Source of the DNA: Candidatus Caldarchaeales archaeon
Lineage (GTDB): Archaea; Thermoproteota; Nitrososphaeria_A; Caldarchaeales; Wolframiiraptoraceae
DNA length: 29,198 nt
Reading direction: 5' to 3'
Assembly: GCA_039630055.1 (NCBI GenBank)
Contig: JBCNVN010000018.1
Coordinates: 1 to 29,198 of the forward strand
Below the pieces are notes generated by a model that had not been told where the DNA came from, did not search any database, and saw only the letters and a program-made list of their open reading frames with translations. Numbering within the stretch: the first letter of the stretch is position 1; the number at the start of each line of letters is the position of its first letter. Below are positions 28,599 through 29,198 of the stretch, in pieces. The position numbers and the translations under genes were made by a program.

Positions 28599-29177
28599 TT
28601 GCCCTATAAGATGACTTTCTATGCTTCTGAAGATGAACTATCAATTAAGCTTCTAAACATTCTTAGCGGACTAGTCAGAGAAGTCGGGAATAGATGTAAA
28701 CTTTCTTCGAAATATTTTTTACCAAGTGAAACTTTAACCTTGGTGAAGATCACTCTTCCCACAACTCTGGGTAAGAGTGAAGAGCTGGAATGTGAGGTCT
28801 GGACAACTGTACGAACTTATGAGGAATACATGAAGAAGAAATTTGGATTAAAGAGTCTTCCAGCCCTAAAAGTAGGTCGAGAAGTTCTCACAGGATCTCA
28901 TGTCTTAGACATCGCTTTAGACCTACACACACTATTATCCGGCAGCCCGAACGTTACTGCAGAACGAGTATTTTACCAATTAGCAACAACCATTCAAAGA
29001 CTGGTTGAGAAGGAAAAGATAAAAGCCACAGTCCTCTATTCCGACATAGTTAAGTCAACGATAAGTGAAAGGCTGGCCGAGTTAGAGAGACTGCTGAAGG
29101 AGGGGAAGATAAAGGAAGAAACCTATAAAAAGATGAAGCTCGTATTAAAAGAAATTATGGGGAAATATGAAGAATGA
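28599..29177 (+). CDS. Hypothetical protein; possible CxxC-less thioredoxin-like region and SHOCT-like C-terminus
   Basis: SD GGATGA 3 nt before the TTG; KFGLKSLPALKVG..V..G; C-terminal RLAELERLLKEGKIKEETYKKMK. Confidence 0.7.
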   Translation: MPYKMTFYASEDELSIKLLNILSGLVREVGNRCKLSSKYFLPSETLTLVKITLPTTLGKSEELECEVWTTVRTYEEYMKKKFGLKSLPALKVGREVLTGSHVLDIALDLHTLLSGSPNVTAERVFYQLATTIQRLVEKEKIKATVLYSDIVKSTISERLAELERLLKEGKIKEETYKKMKLVLKEIMGKYEE

Positions 29178-29198
29178 TCGAGGAAGACCCAAGCAACA
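29174..29198 (+). CDS. Possible start of a next, translationally coupled gene (truncated)
   Basis: ATGA overlap with the previous stop; MIEEDPSN open to the window end. Only 8 codons are visible. Confidence 0.3.

Overview
Archaeal genomic window from a (hyper)thermophile. This rests on a reverse gyrase, archaeal-type LeuRS, ribosomal protein S17e, an intron-containing tRNA with a bulge-helix-bulge, and TATA-box promoters; an Aigarchaeota/Thaumarchaeota-like host is only an inference. Content is mostly housekeeping and metabolic: a Ddl-like ATP-grasp ligase (5'-truncated), GGCT-fold protein, MetRS, reverse gyrase, DUF6092 plus nitroreductase, tRNA-Arg(CCG), DUF434, LeuRS, exported serpin, DUF2148, NCS1/CytX permease, rps17e, AbrB-like protein, sdhA-C-D-B, a frameshifted Tat-Rieske gene, GIY-YIG nuclease, thiolase, YbaK, two convergent AmrS/PflA-like radical SAM genes, an aldehyde dehydrogenase relic and a thioredoxin-like/SHOCT-like hypothetical. 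I found no CRISPR array, transposase or integrase, and no clear novel multi-gene system. The strongest oddities are a metG with no canonical in-frame start (a CTC sits at the SD-defined start position) and an altered Met pocket, two long strand-biased intergenic hairpins, and several enzymes with altered catalytic motifs (GGCT, SdhA, reverse gyrase, DUF2148). All family calls come from motif recognition by eye, not database searches.
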